Counted from the stretch's first letter, positions 1-13,740 are shown. The stretch is 64,000 bases of DNA from Camelus ferus (GCF_009834535.1 NC_045697.1:113090001-113154000), one strand, 5' to 3'. The notes: generated by a model not told the origin, from the letters alone. Numbers and translations are program-made.

Positions 1-392
1 AGAGTAGGGACCAAAAGGAAAACATCTGTTAGTCTGAAAATTGACCCCTAAGTGAAACCATTAATCCATGGCAATTTCATGTTCTCTTAGGTCACCATGG
101 TAATGAAAAGGAACAAGCTTTTCATGGGACCAAGTCTGTACTTCAGAAATATGATTCATATCAGGAATAATTTTCTTTAGTTTTCATGTTCATTTTTACA
201 AAATGTGTGTTCTGATTTTTAACCCCTTTGCCACAGCATTGGCAATGTGTCTTCAGTGAATGGTGTTACAATTATATGCATCAGATAGTGGATCAAGTCA
301 TGTCACTGTTTACACTTTTGTTTGCTGAAAATTCATACCCAACATACTCCTCCTTTTTTTTCCTGGATAAATTTAGACCTAGAAGCAAAATA

Positions 393-629
393 CAGTTGAC
401 CCTTGAACAACACGGGTTTGAACTGCGTGGGTCCACTTATACGTGGATTTTTCTCAACAGTAAATGTGACTGTGCTCCACCATCTGTGGTTGGCTGAATT
501 TGATGATGTGGAACTAGGGATATGATGAACCATGGACACACAGGGCTGGAGGGACAACTAAGTTATGCAAGGATTTTGGACTACAGGGAAGGTAGGCACC
601 CCAACCCTGCTCTGTTCAAGGGTCAACTA
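393..629 (+). mobile_element. Tigger2-family non-autonomous DNA transposon (MITE; Tigger2a_Art/MER8-like)
   Basis: TIRs CAGTTGACCCTTGAACA ... TGTTCAAGGGTCAACT, flanked by TA on both sides. Confidence 0.9.
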
Positions 630-1631
630 TAAATTGATACATAAAAGAAAAATCTGAATTCATGTAGGCCAAAATTTTCTAGCTAATTCAGTGGTCTGAA
701 TGTCATAGAAAATGGCCTTAGTTCTCTATTTTCAGGGGAAATTTTAGACAAAAGCTCTGATAGCTTGTCAGTTTGCTTTCTTGTTACTTTCTATACCTGA
801 TCTGTGGCTGCACTTTGTTCTAACTCGGTTTTACGTGACTAGTATCCGTTCAACCTAGCAATCCCCTGATATTTATTGAGAAGCTATTATGTATAATGTG
901 CATTAGAAATAGGTACTTTATGGGATACAAACAAACCCAAGACAAAACAAGATTCCTCCTCTGAGGGAGCGTATGATCTATTGAGGCGTCTGGACCACAA
1001 AAAGGTAATGAGAAATACTAAGTGGAAAGATAAAAATTGCTCATCAGATATTGAGTTAAAAAAGGAAAGATCACTGAGATATGTGATACAAGGAAGAGAC
1101 TTAAACTGTACACCGTTAACGTTCCCCTTGCCCACGGCATGCAAAGTGGAAGCTTTGTTATGTACATCCTGTTGCTTATTAAATCCTTCACTGCGAACAC
1201 TCACCTTGTGTGAGTATTTAGCTAAACAGAGATGGAGGAGACAAATCCAGGAAGCTTACAACCTAGTGAGAGGACAAACAGGAAATAGGCTGTTACGATA
1301 AAGTGTGACAAGTGCTGTGACGTGAAAATTGCAGCATATGATAAGGAGAGTGAGCACATTTGTGGGCAGCAAGGAAAGCTATCCAGAGAAAGTGAGTGTG
1401 CTGAGATCTAAAACGCATTTATGCCCTGTTACTATTGAAGTAGGCCTGATTTGGATAAACTCCGTTTTGCGTTCTATTTTATAATAAGATGCCTGATTCT
1501 GCCAAAGCAAACTTCTTTTGGAGAGTTTGTCGTGTTTGGGGAAAGACTTCCAAATTCATCAAACAGTCCTCCCATGAATTCCTTCTAACCATATCCAGTA
1601 AATTTGCTGGCATGAAAATGTGCTTCAGGTA

Positions 1632-1634
<3 letters not shown>

Positions 1635-1715
<81 letters not shown>
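1635..1715. repeat. (AAT)27 perfect microsatellite
   Basis: Read directly; gives the spurious poly-Ile ORF on the minus strand. Confidence 0.98.
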
Positions 1716-1716
<1 letters not shown>

Positions 1717-1990
1717 TATAATAGAAACCAAACAGAATGGCTGTGTTTTAACCAGAAGTTTGACATGAGAGGTGGTAAGGAACTCTTTAGAATTTATTTT
1801 ATTGTTTTATCAATAATATACTACTTTATAAGACAAGATAAGCAGGCACAACCAAAACCATCGACATTTAGTAGTAAAACATCTGTGGAGGATAAAGGGA
1901 GGTATATGGCAACAACTGGCCCAAGATAACTCTAGAGTGACATCCAACTGTTTTAAAATTTCATTTACTTATCTCACTTTTAAAAAATAA

Positions 1991-3676
1991 ATTAATTTTT
2001 TAAGTAACATTGATTTATAACATTATGTAAGTTTCATGTGTACAACATTATATTTCTATTTCTGGATACTCTACAACGTGCTCACAGTCCAAAAATTTTC
2101 CACCAGTCACCATACGGTTGACCCCAGTTTATCCATTTCATCCTTCTTCCCACTCCTCCCTCTTTTGTAACCTCTGCTCTGTGCTCTGTATCTATATGTT
2201 TGTTTTTGTTTGGGTTAGTTTGCTCTTTTTTTTTTGTATTTGTTTGTTATATTCCACATATGAGTGAAATCATATGATATTTGTCTTTCTCCATCTGGCT
2301 TATTTCACTTAGCAGAGTACCCTAAGTTCTATCCATGTTGTTGCAAATAGCAAGATTTTGTCCTTTTTATGAGTAGTGTTCCGTTGTATGCATATACACC
2401 ACATCTTCTTTATTCATTCATCCGTTGATGGGCACTTAGGTTGTTTCCATATCTTGGCTACCAGAAATCATGTCATAATGAATGCACGGGTACATATATC
2501 TTTTTTCAGATTAGTGTATATTTTGGGGGTAAATACCCAGAAGTGGAATAGCTGGATCATGTGGTAATTCTATTCTATTTTTTGAGGAATCTTCATACTT
2601 GCTTCAATAATGGCTGCGCCAATTCACACTCCTAGCAACAGTCTGTGAGGGTTCTTTTTCTCCACATCATTGCTATCATTTGTTATTTCTTTTTTTTTTT
2701 TTTTTTTTTTTTGATAATAACCATTCTGACAGGTGAGGTGATAAGTCAATGTGGTTTTCATTTGCATTTCTCTAAAAATTAAGTTAGTGATATTGAGCAC
2801 CTTTTCATGTGCCTGTTGGCCATCTGTATGTCTTCTTTGGAAAAATATCTATTCAGCTCCTCCACCCATTTTTTAATTGGGGTTGTTTGTTTTTATGTTG
2901 TTGAGTTTTATGAGTTCTTTATATATTTTGAATAGTAACCCCTTATTAGATGTATCATTTGCAAATGTCTTCTCCCATTCAGTAGGTTGTCTTTTTATTT
3001 TATTGATGGTTTCATTTCTTGTGCAGAAGCTTTCCCGTTTGATGCAATCTCATTTATTTTTGATTTTACTTCCCTTTCCAGGCGAGACATATCTAGAAGG
3101 CCATCACTAAGATGGATATCCAAGAGTGTATTGCCTATGTTTTTTTCTTGGAGTATTGTAGTTCTAGGTCTTATATTCAAGTCTTTAGTCCATTTTGAGT
3201 TAATTTTTGTATATGATGTGAGATAGTGGTCTAGTTTATTTTTTTTCTTTGCATGTAGCTGTCCAGTTTTTAAACACCATTTATTGAAGAGACTGTCTTT
3301 TCCCCATTGTATATTCTTTGCTCTTTTGTCATAAATTACTTGTCCATTAGTGTGTGGGTTTATTTCTGAGAACTCAATTCTGTTCCATTGATCTAAATAT
3401 CTTTTTCTGCCAATACCATGCTGCTTTGATCATTATGGCTTTGTATTACAGTTTGAAATCAGGGAATGTGTTGCCTTCAGTTTTGGCCTTTTGTTCCTCA
3501 GGATTGCTTTAGCTATTCAAGGTATTTCTGTGGTTCCATATAAATTTTAGAATTTTTTTGTTTTATTTCTGTGAAAAATGTCCTTGGGATTTTGATAGGG
3601 ATTGCATTGAATCCATAGATTGCTTTAGGTGATATGAACATTCTGACAATTTTAATTCTCCCCCAATCCATGAGCA
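1991..3676 (-). mobile_element. L1 (L1MA-like), 5'-truncated: ORF2 3' part plus 3'UTR
   Basis: Antisense L1 sequence; the minus-strand translation (NIRPRTTILQEKNIGNTLLDI) is ORF2-like; poly-T tail at left. Confidence 0.92.
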
Positions 3677-4149
3677 CATTTCAACTTAGTGAATTACTTA
3701 CTTATACCCAAATCTTTTCTCTATATTAAACTTTAGTGAGAATAAAGATCCCAAGACCACATTACAGTCTACTTAAGATTTCCAGTCCATTTACTTAATT
3801 TTCTAATTTCTGTACCTTGAACTATGGAAAAAGAGATAATTTTGAGAGATGTATTTGTGTGTGTATGCACACATGTAAATTAGGTCTAGAGTTGGTTACT
3901 TAGGAACCAAATTGTACATGGCTTATATCCTCTAGTACATGAGGAAGCAGTGGACACTTAAAAATAAAATTGCTACTTGAATAAAATACAAATTTAAAAC
4001 AACCTCTTCCTTGTAGAAAAAGATGCTACTTTACCACCATTTGCCTAAATATTTCTTGTCATCTTTTAGGAGACACATAGATGCATCTGCTTCATATTGT
4101 CTCCAATGATAATACCCAAGTCCATGGCATCTCCATCACATCTCATTAG

Positions 4150-4315
4150 GAATTCTGTAAGTGTATCCCAACTGCCCACCCTTCCCCTACTTTCGTCCTC
4201 TATGAAGTCCATTCTACACTGCAGCTACTGTGACCTTCAAAAGTCTAAATCAGATCTTGTTGCTCCTCTGCTTAAAACCCTCAGTCCCATCAGAGATTAA
4301 AATTCAAATTCTTTG
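4150..4315 (+). mobile_element. L2 fragment
   Basis: Typical L2 3' segment CCATTCTACACTGCAGC...TCAGATCTTGTTGCTCCTCTGCTTAAAACCCT. Confidence 0.6.
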
Positions 4316-4324
4316 CTTTGGTAG

Positions 4325-4670
4325 GAAGAGTGAACATGAGATTTCCTGTCTTAAAAGACTGCCACGTGTACAGCACAGTACTGTTAACTAAAGGCACAGT
4401 GCTGTACCCTAACACTGAAATTTTATACACGTTTTTAGAAACTCCCCTCTCTGCAGCCCCTGGAAATCACCACACTCTTCTCTATTCCTTTAAATTTGAC
4501 TATTTTAGATATCTCATACAACTGCAATCACCCAGTGTTTGTCCTTCTGTAACTGGCTTATTTAACTTAGCATAGTGTCCTCAAGGTTCATCCATGTTTC
4601 ACATATTGCAGTATTTCCTTCTTTTTTTAAGACTGAATAATCTTCTATTGTATGCACATACTACATTTTC
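4325..4670 (-). mobile_element. L1MA-type 3' end fragment
   Basis: Antisense L1 3'UTR/ORF2 end (GGCTTATTTAACTTAGCATAGTGTCCTCAAGGTTCATCCATG). Confidence 0.8.
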
Positions 4671-4862
4671 TATATACAAAATAGGCAAATAACAAAGGCT
4701 TACTGTATAGCACAAGGAAATGTATTCGATATCTTATAATAACCTGTAATTGGAAAGAATCTGAAAAAGAATATATATATGTATATGTGTAACTGAATCA
4801 CTTTGCTCTATACCTGAAACACAACATTGTAAACCAACTATATTTCAATTTAGAAAAAATAA
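4671..4862 (+). mobile_element. Artiodactyl-type L1 3' tail
   Basis: TACTGTATAGCACAAGGAAA...AACTGAATCACTTTGCTCTATACCTGAAACACAACATTGTAAACCAACTAT followed by an A-rich tail. Confidence 0.85.
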
Positions 4863-5126
4863 TACCACATATTGATTTTCCAAGGTAAAAAGTTTCAGTA
4901 GGATTAGTTCAACAGTGTTTGTTTTGTGCCTTCTGTGAAACAGGACCTTAATACACATAAAGACAACATATTACTAATTAGGTGTGACTAATCGCATTTT
5001 TTTTAATAGACTAGAAATCTTAGAGAAGTGCTGATTGGCTCTTGTTCATGCAGCTAAAAAGGGCCAGAATTAAGCTTTGAAGTCAAGTCTACTATCTTCA
5101 CTTACTCCAGTTAACTGTCATGTTCT

Positions 5127-5297
5127 CTTTTTTTTTTTAAATAAAGTAGTTTTAATTTTTTTATAATTTTATTTATTTTGGGGGGGTAATTAGGTTTATT
5201 TATTTATTTATTTTTAGAAGGGGTACTGGGGATTGAACCCAGGACCTCATGCATGCTAAGCATGTGCTCTACCACTTGAGTTATAACCTCCCCCCTT
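5127..5297 (-). mobile_element. tRNA-Ala-derived SINE (camelid vic-1-like)
   Basis: Minus strand has a tRNA-Ala(AGC)-like head and A-rich tail; TSD AACTGTC(A/C)TGTTCT at 5113-5126 and 5299-5312. Confidence 0.92.
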
Positions 5298-5933
5298 AAA
5301 CTGTCCTGTTCTGAGAAAAGGAATACAGATTCTATCTATCTTATATTGCTCCCAATATTTTCAGACAGAAAACTTAGGTAGTCTATTTGTACAGCATAAG
5401 ATACTCTGAATTAATGTGTCATTAGTTTTTTTTTTAATTGAGTTATAGTCAGTTTAAATGTGTCACTAGTTTTGATAATCCTTTATCTAAGGATTTGGAT
5501 CATCTTTTGCAAGAGTGTTTTTTTTTTTTTTCTGTAGTTAATTTTATCTGCCAATATTTTTCCAGGCTTAAGAATTTTCACCATGCTTCATGCAGTAGCT
5601 ATTAAATTTATTTTTTGCCTACCACAATTTTTCATTGTATATTATTCTACTATTTTGTGAATCTATCTCCTTGAGACAGCAACCCCCAGCCTCTTCCAGC
5701 ATCACAGTATTCAGCACAGAGATGCAAGATTTCCCCTCATGGTTTCTCAGCACTCCCTGAGCATCTCAGGAAGCAGAGAGCAAGACTAAATATGGCCTTT
5801 AAAAGAAAACTGGCTTTGACGTGGCAAAATTGACATATAATAAGCTGCATGAGTTTAAAGTAAACAATTTGATAAGTTTTGACATATGTCTATACTCATG
5901 AAACCATCACTGCAATGAAAAGAATGAACATAT

Positions 5934-6274
5934 GAGCATATGGTAGGAGAGAAATATGGGAGATGTTGGTTAAAGGATACAAAATTTCAGTTATAAGATG
6001 AATAGGTTCTGGCTATCTAATGTATAGCAATGTGCCTATAGTTAAAAACACTATATGGTGCACTTGGAATTGCTAGGAAGGTAGATCTTAAGTGTTCTCA
6101 CCACAAGATAATTTGAAAGAAAATGGTAACTTTGTGAGGTGATGGATATCTTAATTATCTTGATTGTAGTGATTATTTCATAATATATATGTATCTCAAA
6201 ACATTAAGAGGTGTATCTTAAATATATACAGTTTTTATTAGTCCATTATGCCAGTAAAGATGAAAAACAAGCAG
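5934..6274 (+). mobile_element. L1MA-type 3' end inserted in the older L1
   Basis: Sense L1MA tail; TSD AAAGAAT(G/A)AACA(T/C)AT at 5919-5933 and 6275-6289. Confidence 0.85.
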
Positions 6275-6738
6275 AAAGAATAAACACATCCACTAGCTCA
6301 AAACAATTCTTTGTGTCCCTTTGTAATTCTTCTCTCCCACCTGCCTTCCAATAGTCAATCAAAAATCTGTGTCAGATTTCTATTAATTTGTTTTTACTTT
6401 TAGACGTTTATGTAAGTGAAATCAAGCAGTAAATATATTTTTGTCTTCCTTCTTGCACTTAGCATAATTATTTTGATATTCAATGTATCAATAAAGAATT
6501 CCTTTATTGCTAAATAGTGTCCTGTTTTATGGATATACCACACTTTGTTTAACCATTTACCTGTTGATGGATATTTGGGTTGTTTCAAGCTTTTGACTGT
6601 TAGAGATAAAAATACTATCAATGTATATGTACAAGTATTTGTAGAGATACATTTTCCTTTTCTCTGAAATAGACACATAAAGTGAAATTGGCTAAATTAT
6701 ATAGTAGACGTATGTTTAACTTTTTAAGAAGCTGACAG

Positions 6739-8744
6739 GTTTTTTTATTGTCTTTATTTTATTTATCTTTTGTTAAAGTATAATTGATTTACAATATTAT
6801 ATTACTTTCAGGTGTACAACATAGTGGTTCAACATTTTTATAGGTTATACTCCATTTAAAGTTACTACAAAATAATGGCTCTATTTCCCTGTACTGTACA
6901 ATATATCCTTTTTTATTTATTTTAGACACAGTAGTTTGTTCTCTCAGTCCCCTACTTCTAACTCACCTCTCTCCCCTTCCATCTCCCTATCTAGTACCTA
7001 ACTACTTACTAGCTAATAACCACTAGTTTGTTCTCCATACCTGTGAGTCTGTTTCTGTTTTGCTATACCCTTTCATTTCTTTTCTTTTTTAGAGTCCACA
7101 TGTGGGTGATATCACACACTATTTGTCTTTCTCTGTCTGACTTATTTCACTTAGCATAATACTCACTAGGTCCATCCATGTTGTTGCAAAGGGCAGAATT
7201 TTATTTTTTATTTTTTATAGCTGAGGAGTATTCCATTGCATATATACCACATCTTATTTATCCATTTATCTATTGATGGACACTTAGGTTATTTCCATGT
7301 GTTGGCTATTGTAAATAATGCTACTATGAACAGTGGGGTGCATGTATCTTTTCATGTATTTTCGCTTTCTTCTGATGTATACCCAGGAGATAATTGCCTG
7401 ATAATATGGTAGATCTATTTTTAGTCTTTTTGAGGAAACTTCATACTGTTTTCCATAGTGGCTACATCAGTCTACAATCCCTCCAACAGTGTACTAAGTT
7501 TCCATTTTCTTCACCTCCTTGCTACCATTTGTTATTTGTAGAATTTTTGACGATAGCCGTTTTGACAAGTGTGAGGTGATACCTTATTGTGGTTTTGATT
7601 TGCATTCCTCTGACGATTAGCAATGTTGAGCATCTTTTCACTTGTCTATTTGCTATCTGTATACAGTGTTCGGAAAAATGTCTATTCAAGTCTTCTGTTC
7701 TGAATCATAATTTGTTTCTTTACTTTTTAATATTGAGTTGTATGAGCTGTTTGCATACTTTGGCTATTAACCTCTTGTTGGTTGAATCATTTGCAAGTAT
7801 TTTCTTCCATGCAGTAGTTTGTCTTTGTTCTGTCAATGATTTCTTTTGCTGTGCAAAAGTTTTCAAGTTTAATTATGTCCTGTTTATTTATTTTTGCTCT
7901 TATTTCTTTTGCCTTAGGTTCAGACCCCCAAAAATATTGCTATGATTTTTATCAATAAGAGTTCTGCCTATGTTCTCTTTTAGGAGTTCTATGGTTTCAT
8001 GTCTTACATCTATATGTTTAATCTATTTTGAGTTTATTTTTGTACATGGTGTTAGAGAATGTTCTAATTGCAGTCTTTTACATGTAGCTGTCCAGTTCTC
8101 CCAGCACTACTTATTGAAGAGACTGTCTTTTCTCCATTGCATATTCCTGTCTCCTTTGTTGTAAATTAATTGATCATAAGGGCATGGGTTTATTTCTAGG
8201 CTCTCTATTCTGTTCCATTGATCTATGTATCTGTTTTATGCCAGTACCATCCTGTTTTGATTACTGTAGTTTTGTAGTATAATCTAAAGTCAGGGCACAT
8301 GAGACTGTTGGCTTCCCCCCCCCCCCAAGATTGCCTTAGCAATTCAGGGTCTTTTATGGCTCCTTATAAATTTTAGAATTATTTTTTCTAGTTCTATGCA
8401 AAATGTCATGGTTATTTTGATAGAGATTGCATTAAGTCTGCACTTTGCTTTGAGTACTGTGGCCATTTTAACATCATTAATTCTTCCATCTGTGGGATGT
8501 AAGATTATTATACAAAAGTCTGATGTTTTCCTATATAGTAATAATGAACTATCTGAAAGAGAAATTAAGGAAACAATCTCATTTATAAGTGTATCAAAAA
8601 GAATAAAATACCCAGGAATAAACTTAACTATAAAGATGAAAGACCTGTACTCTGAAAACTATAAAACATTGAGGAAGGCATTTGAAAATAACACAAAGAA
8701 ATGGAAAGATATTGCATGTTCTTGGATTGGAAGAATTAATATTG
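6739..8744 (-). mobile_element. L1 with 5' inversion (minus segment 6739-8489, plus segment 8490-8744)
   Basis: Antisense 3'UTR and ORF2 end, followed by a sense ORF2 segment translating GCKIIIQKS...YPGINLT...KKWKDIACSWIGRINI. Confidence 0.92.
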
Positions 8745-9406
8745 CTGCCAACCTGTTTTCCAAAATGTTTGTACCATTTTACATTCCCCCCAGTAGAGTA
8801 TGAGAGCTCTAATTCTTCCACATTCTCACCAACATTTGGTATTGTCAGCGTTTTTAAGTTAAACCATTTTAACAAGTCTTCAGTGGTAACTCACTAAAAT
8901 TTTAATGTTCCTTTTGCTAGTTAATTTCCCTAAATTATGTTTAACATTTTTATGTGCTTATTTACCCTCTGTATGTCTTATTTGGTGAAAATGTCTGTCC
9001 AAATCTTCAGTCCAGTTTTAAATCAGGTTCTTTATTTTCTTATTATTGGGTTTCCAACTTGTTTCTGAACTATAGATACATAAACTCAGATATACACTTT
9101 GCAAACGATTATTTTCCAGTAGAATGCTAGTTGTTTTATTTTCTTAACAGTGACTTTTGAAAAGCAGAAGTTTTAAAATCTGATAAAGCTGTATTTATTA
9201 ATTTGTTCTTTTATGGATTGAACTTTTGGTTTTGTATCTAAGAAATATTTGTCTTCCTCATGATCGAGAGATCTTCTTAAAGTTTTAGAGCTTTAGATGT
9301 AAGTTTAAGTCTTTGATACATTTTTAGTTATAAATATGACATTTTAATGTTTAAAATTCAACAACCATCCAAAGACTTTGCTATTCTGAACAGATATGAA
9401 GCTATC

Positions 9407-9803
9407 TGTCTTAGGTCAGGTTTCCCAGGAAACAGATGATGATTTGTTTGTAGATTTATTGGGAAGTGCTCTCAGAAATAATACCTATGTGTGAATGATC
9501 ACAGAGGGTGGGGCCAAGGATACAGAAATTGAATGGCAATGCAGTCCCTATAAATGTTTCAATAAATCCCATGGACAGTGATGATCTTTAGATTTTGTCT
9601 AAAGGCAAAGAGGCAAGGGAGTGGGGACTTTGACCCCCACTTTTCCCAACAGGGAGTAAGGGCTGTTCTTTGGAGAGGGTGTCAAACTGGGTAAGGCAAG
9701 GACAAGTCCTGACTCAGCAGTCAACAGACCCGTGGTTGGGGAATGAGTGTCTTGGACCTGAAGAGGGGGCATCTAGGGGGAGGTGTATCACAACACCTAC
9801 TAC
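9407..9803 (-). mobile_element. ERVL solo LTR, LTR16-like
   Basis: TGTCTTAGGTCAGGTTTCCCAGGAAACAGA...TTTATTGGGAAGTGCTCTC...CTACTACA; TG...CA ends. Confidence 0.7.
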
Positions 9804-12679
9804 AATGTCAGATTCTTTTGACCCCATTATGACAGTGAACAAAGTGAGCCACACAGCTTGAGCAGGTTGCCTAGAGACACTCTTGCTTGTGATGGAGATG
9901 AAGGCAGAGCTCATCCTTGAAAGGTTTGTTAAAAAGAAACTTATTAAGTTGAGAGAGGCTTTCAAATCAGGGTAATGAAAATTCATCAAGTTAACTTTTA
10001 AAAATCATTCTTTGCTCCTGACAGTGATTTATGCTTGACAGAACCAATTTAATTTATTTTTTAAATGAAAATCTGTGTTACTGAAAATTAAGCTGTGTAT
10101 TTAATGGGAAAAAACGTATATGCCTAGCCTTTTGGGATAATCTTTATGTAAGTCTATTATATTAGCCAACAGGAGGGAGTTTGATGAAAGTTACAGAGAG
10201 ATTCTCAGGCTGATGGTAGATGGTTTCTGGAAGGAAGAAATGGGTGAGATAAGTCAATTTAAAGAATGATGAAGTCAGTCCAGTTAATTAAGGGTAGGTT
10301 GGAGAAACAAATCTCAATTAATTAATATATCCAAAGCTGATGATTGAGCTTGTGCTACTTTCTTAAAATATAAATTTCTTTGTCCTCCTCCATTCCCATC
10401 CCCCACCCCCTCCCTAGTCCCCAGGTTGTGGACTGGGACCTAGGAACATACATTTTTAAAATAATTATTTCCTAAAGTTTCTGAGGAAGGCAATTGTAAG
10501 TGGTGAAATACTGTCAAAAAAGCATTGCTTTCAGATTTAGAAACTAATCATTAATTATTAATAACTATCAGCTTGTTAGAGTTGAAAATAATAAATCTTG
10601 AAGCTTAGGTAAAACACTTAGCTAGAATCCTAAAAGTGTATTTTAGAATTACCTCAAATGTCAATCACAATAATTACCAAATCTAGTGTTTTGGTTGCTA
10701 CAAAATAGAATTAACATTTTTCAAAGAGAAATTATTTCTTTTAAAATAATTTATATAATGATACATAATATATAAATTAATTTATATAGTATATTATTTA
10801 TATAATATATGCATATAAATTTTTTTTCCAAGAAAGAAGGCCCACACACTGACAGTTACCACCCCCTCTCAGCCCAGGTGCTTTTCTCCTTCAGCGTCAT
10901 CTGCAGACTATGCCTTAAGTTGGAGGAAATTTCACAGTGAGACTCCTCTTTTCAGGGCATTACAAATTGATCTTTTTCTTCCTTCTTCAGTACTGGTTCT
11001 CCAGCTCCCTGCTGATGGTAAGAATGAGATCCTCTTGACTCCAGACTTGATTAGTAAGAAGAATATAACTGGAAAACTAACTGGAAGGGTTTCTGTCAGC
11101 AGATTCAGATTTGACTGGCTGTGAGGAAACGTACCTTGAGTCTATGAAACTCCCCTCTGTTCCCAGCTACTGCATTGCTCCTCACTGTGCCCAGTTGAGA
11201 GCAATCAAGTGTGCCCCAGCAGGGCCATTTTCCAACTTAGATCTAAGTTATTTTCATGGTATTGCAGCTCTGTTTTATGATGGGGGAAGGGTGTTGCACA
11301 AGCAAATGTAAGATTTCATAAAACGTGTAAGCGTACCTTGAAGCTTCAATGTATGTGTTAGAAGATGATGATTTATGCATACTTTAGCATTTAGCAAGTG
11401 GTACGGAATGCCCTATTGTCCTTGTCAATGAAAATAATATAACAATGAAAATGACATAAATGACCAGATACACAGAGAGAGCAAATAAAATTACACAATT
11501 GAAACTCGCCTGCAAAAATATAATATCAGAGAGCTTACTCAAGATAATGATCCCTCCAAATCAGTATCTATAACTGAAGTAGAAAAATGCACCATGGCAG
11601 TGTCAAGTTAAAAATAAGTCATTTTTTTCTCTACATAATGTGATCTGAAAGAGGATTACTTTATTACACAGAATAAAAAATAGGTGTTTTCCTTTCAAGG
11701 ACTAAAATCCATAGAATTAGTTAACCAAGGGTCCAGCTGCATGTAAAAAATTGTTACTAATGTTCATGAGATTTTTTGAAGATAAATGTTGGATATTTAC
11801 TATTTATTTAAATGTAGAAATATATACTTATTTATTTAAATATATTTTAAATAAACAACTTCCTCTATTTAAAATATAGAACATAAATGTTTATTAGTAA
11901 TGTAATAAAAACAGACAGAGAGTATTTTCCAAGATGTGTGTTCTGTTAAATAGGCTACTTATTTGATTTGTTTAACACACAGTTGAAGATGATCAAAGCT
12001 GGCTCATACATAACAGGGAAGGGAGTGCTTCAGACCACAGTGCAAAAGAGTGACTGCAGAAAACTCTGGTGTTGGGACAAGGATCAAGTATGTATACACA
12101 GTACCTGTAATGGGAAATTGACTGTGGTATTAGAGGAAATTGTCCACAGTAACATTATTACAAAATATTAAAGAAAAATAAAATAAACTGGAAAAATACT
12201 ACCAAGTAAAAGTAATAAGTAATTTGTTACCTGAGTGCCTTTTCATTTCAGGGTTATTACTGTGTATCATAACAATATGATGCATGTTTGCATGTGTGTG
12301 TGTGTGATATTCCCTTGCTAAATTTTATAAATTTTTTTATTGGACTGCAATGTTAAAATATCCATCCATGCTCAATTTCATAATTTAGTGTTGATGGTTA
12401 ACTGCTCACATAATGTCATTTGCTACTATCAACTTTAAAATATCAGTGATATTTCCACTTCTTTTGCATCTTATCGCGAGGTGAATGAGAAAGAGTAAAG
12501 AAAAGAAGGGGGTAAAAGTTGAATTAATGGGAATGTAGGATATAAAATAATAAAGAAAAACAAAGATGCCCTAATTCTGTCAATTAAGATGAAGTGTCAC
12601 AAGGCACAGTCACTCCCACTGTAACAAAGGAAAACACAAGGTAAGTGACAAAATCATAGTTTTTAAAAACCTATCAGAG

Positions 12680-13740
12680 ACTTCAGCTTCTGGCCATAAT
12701 GGAATAACAGTGACTGGATTTACCCTGCCACCTGAAATGACTAAAAATATTGTACAAATTATATAAAGTGATGGCTTTCATGAGAGTGGACGTCAGTCAA
12801 ATAAGGATAGTGACACAAAGAGATAGAAAACAAAATGAAGTGAGCTCAATAATTGTGTCAGCTTGCTGTCTTGAGAGGTCCAGGATGAATTTCAGTGAGA
12901 GTGAAGCCAGGTGGCTTGTGGGAGACTCTCTGAGGTGAGGAAGCAGAGTTAAGAACCCAGTGACACCAAAGAGGCTAGAGTTTACAGGACACAGTGTAAT
13001 AGAGGAGAGAGCTGCACACAGAGTGAATTATAGATCTGTGCAGATCCCCCCTAGTTGAGTATTTAGCTTGGTACTGATTAGTGAATGCATGTGAGGAAGC
13101 TACTCATTGTTGAGCAAAAAACCATCAGAGGGTGGGAGGACCAACACTCATCACTCACATAGAGATGGGAACAGTGACACTAGTCAGCTTGAAGCCTTTA
13201 CAATTCATGGAGCATTGAGAAGATTATTCAGGAAGGTCTCGCCTCAGTAGTGGGGAGTAAATATTCCTAGATTAAATGCTGCTCTGATTATGCCTACTAA
13301 ATGATAAAAGCAAAACCCAAACATGAAGAAAACTTCATCAAGACTCACTTCAAATTGTTCAAAAATAACTTAAAGAAAAATCTTATAAGCAGCCAGATAA
13401 AAATAACATGCTATGTACAGAAAAACAAAGATAGGGATAACAGCCAATTTCTCATCAGAAATGATGCTATCAAGAAGACAATGGAGCAACATTTCTAAAG
13501 AATTGAAAGGAAAAAAAAAAAACCTGTCAATCTGGAATACCATACTCAGTCAAAATATCTTTCAAAAATGAAAGAGAAATAAAAATATTTTCAGGCACAC
13601 AAAGGTTGAAATGATTAATCACCAGCAGAGTTTCTTTACAAGAAATGTTAGAGGAACTCTTTCAGGCAGAAAGAAAATCACATCAGACGGAAATATGAAT
13701 CAGTTGAAATGAATAAAGAGCATCTAAAATGGTAACTTAT
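12680..13740 (+). mobile_element. Old L1 5'UTR plus ORF1 C-terminal fragments
   Basis: 5'UTR-like start (CTTCTGGCCATAATGGAATAACAG) and a degenerate ORF1 segment at 13300-13740. Confidence 0.7.

Larger units (their letters stand above)
5810..9330 (-). mobile_element. Old L1 (L1MC/MD-like) 3' portion, split into 5810-5933, 6275-6738 and 8745-9330 by two younger L1 insertions
   Basis: Antisense L1 3' sequence continues collinearly across both insertions (…TTTAAGAAGCTG | CTGCCAACCTGTTTTCCAAAATG…). Confidence 0.8.

Noticed and set aside
1479..1766. 95-aa poly-Ile ORF
   Set aside because: It is the translation of the (AAT)n microsatellite.
8396..8803. 135-aa ORF with RT-adjacent similarity
   Set aside because: It is a chimera across the L1 inversion junction, not a gene.
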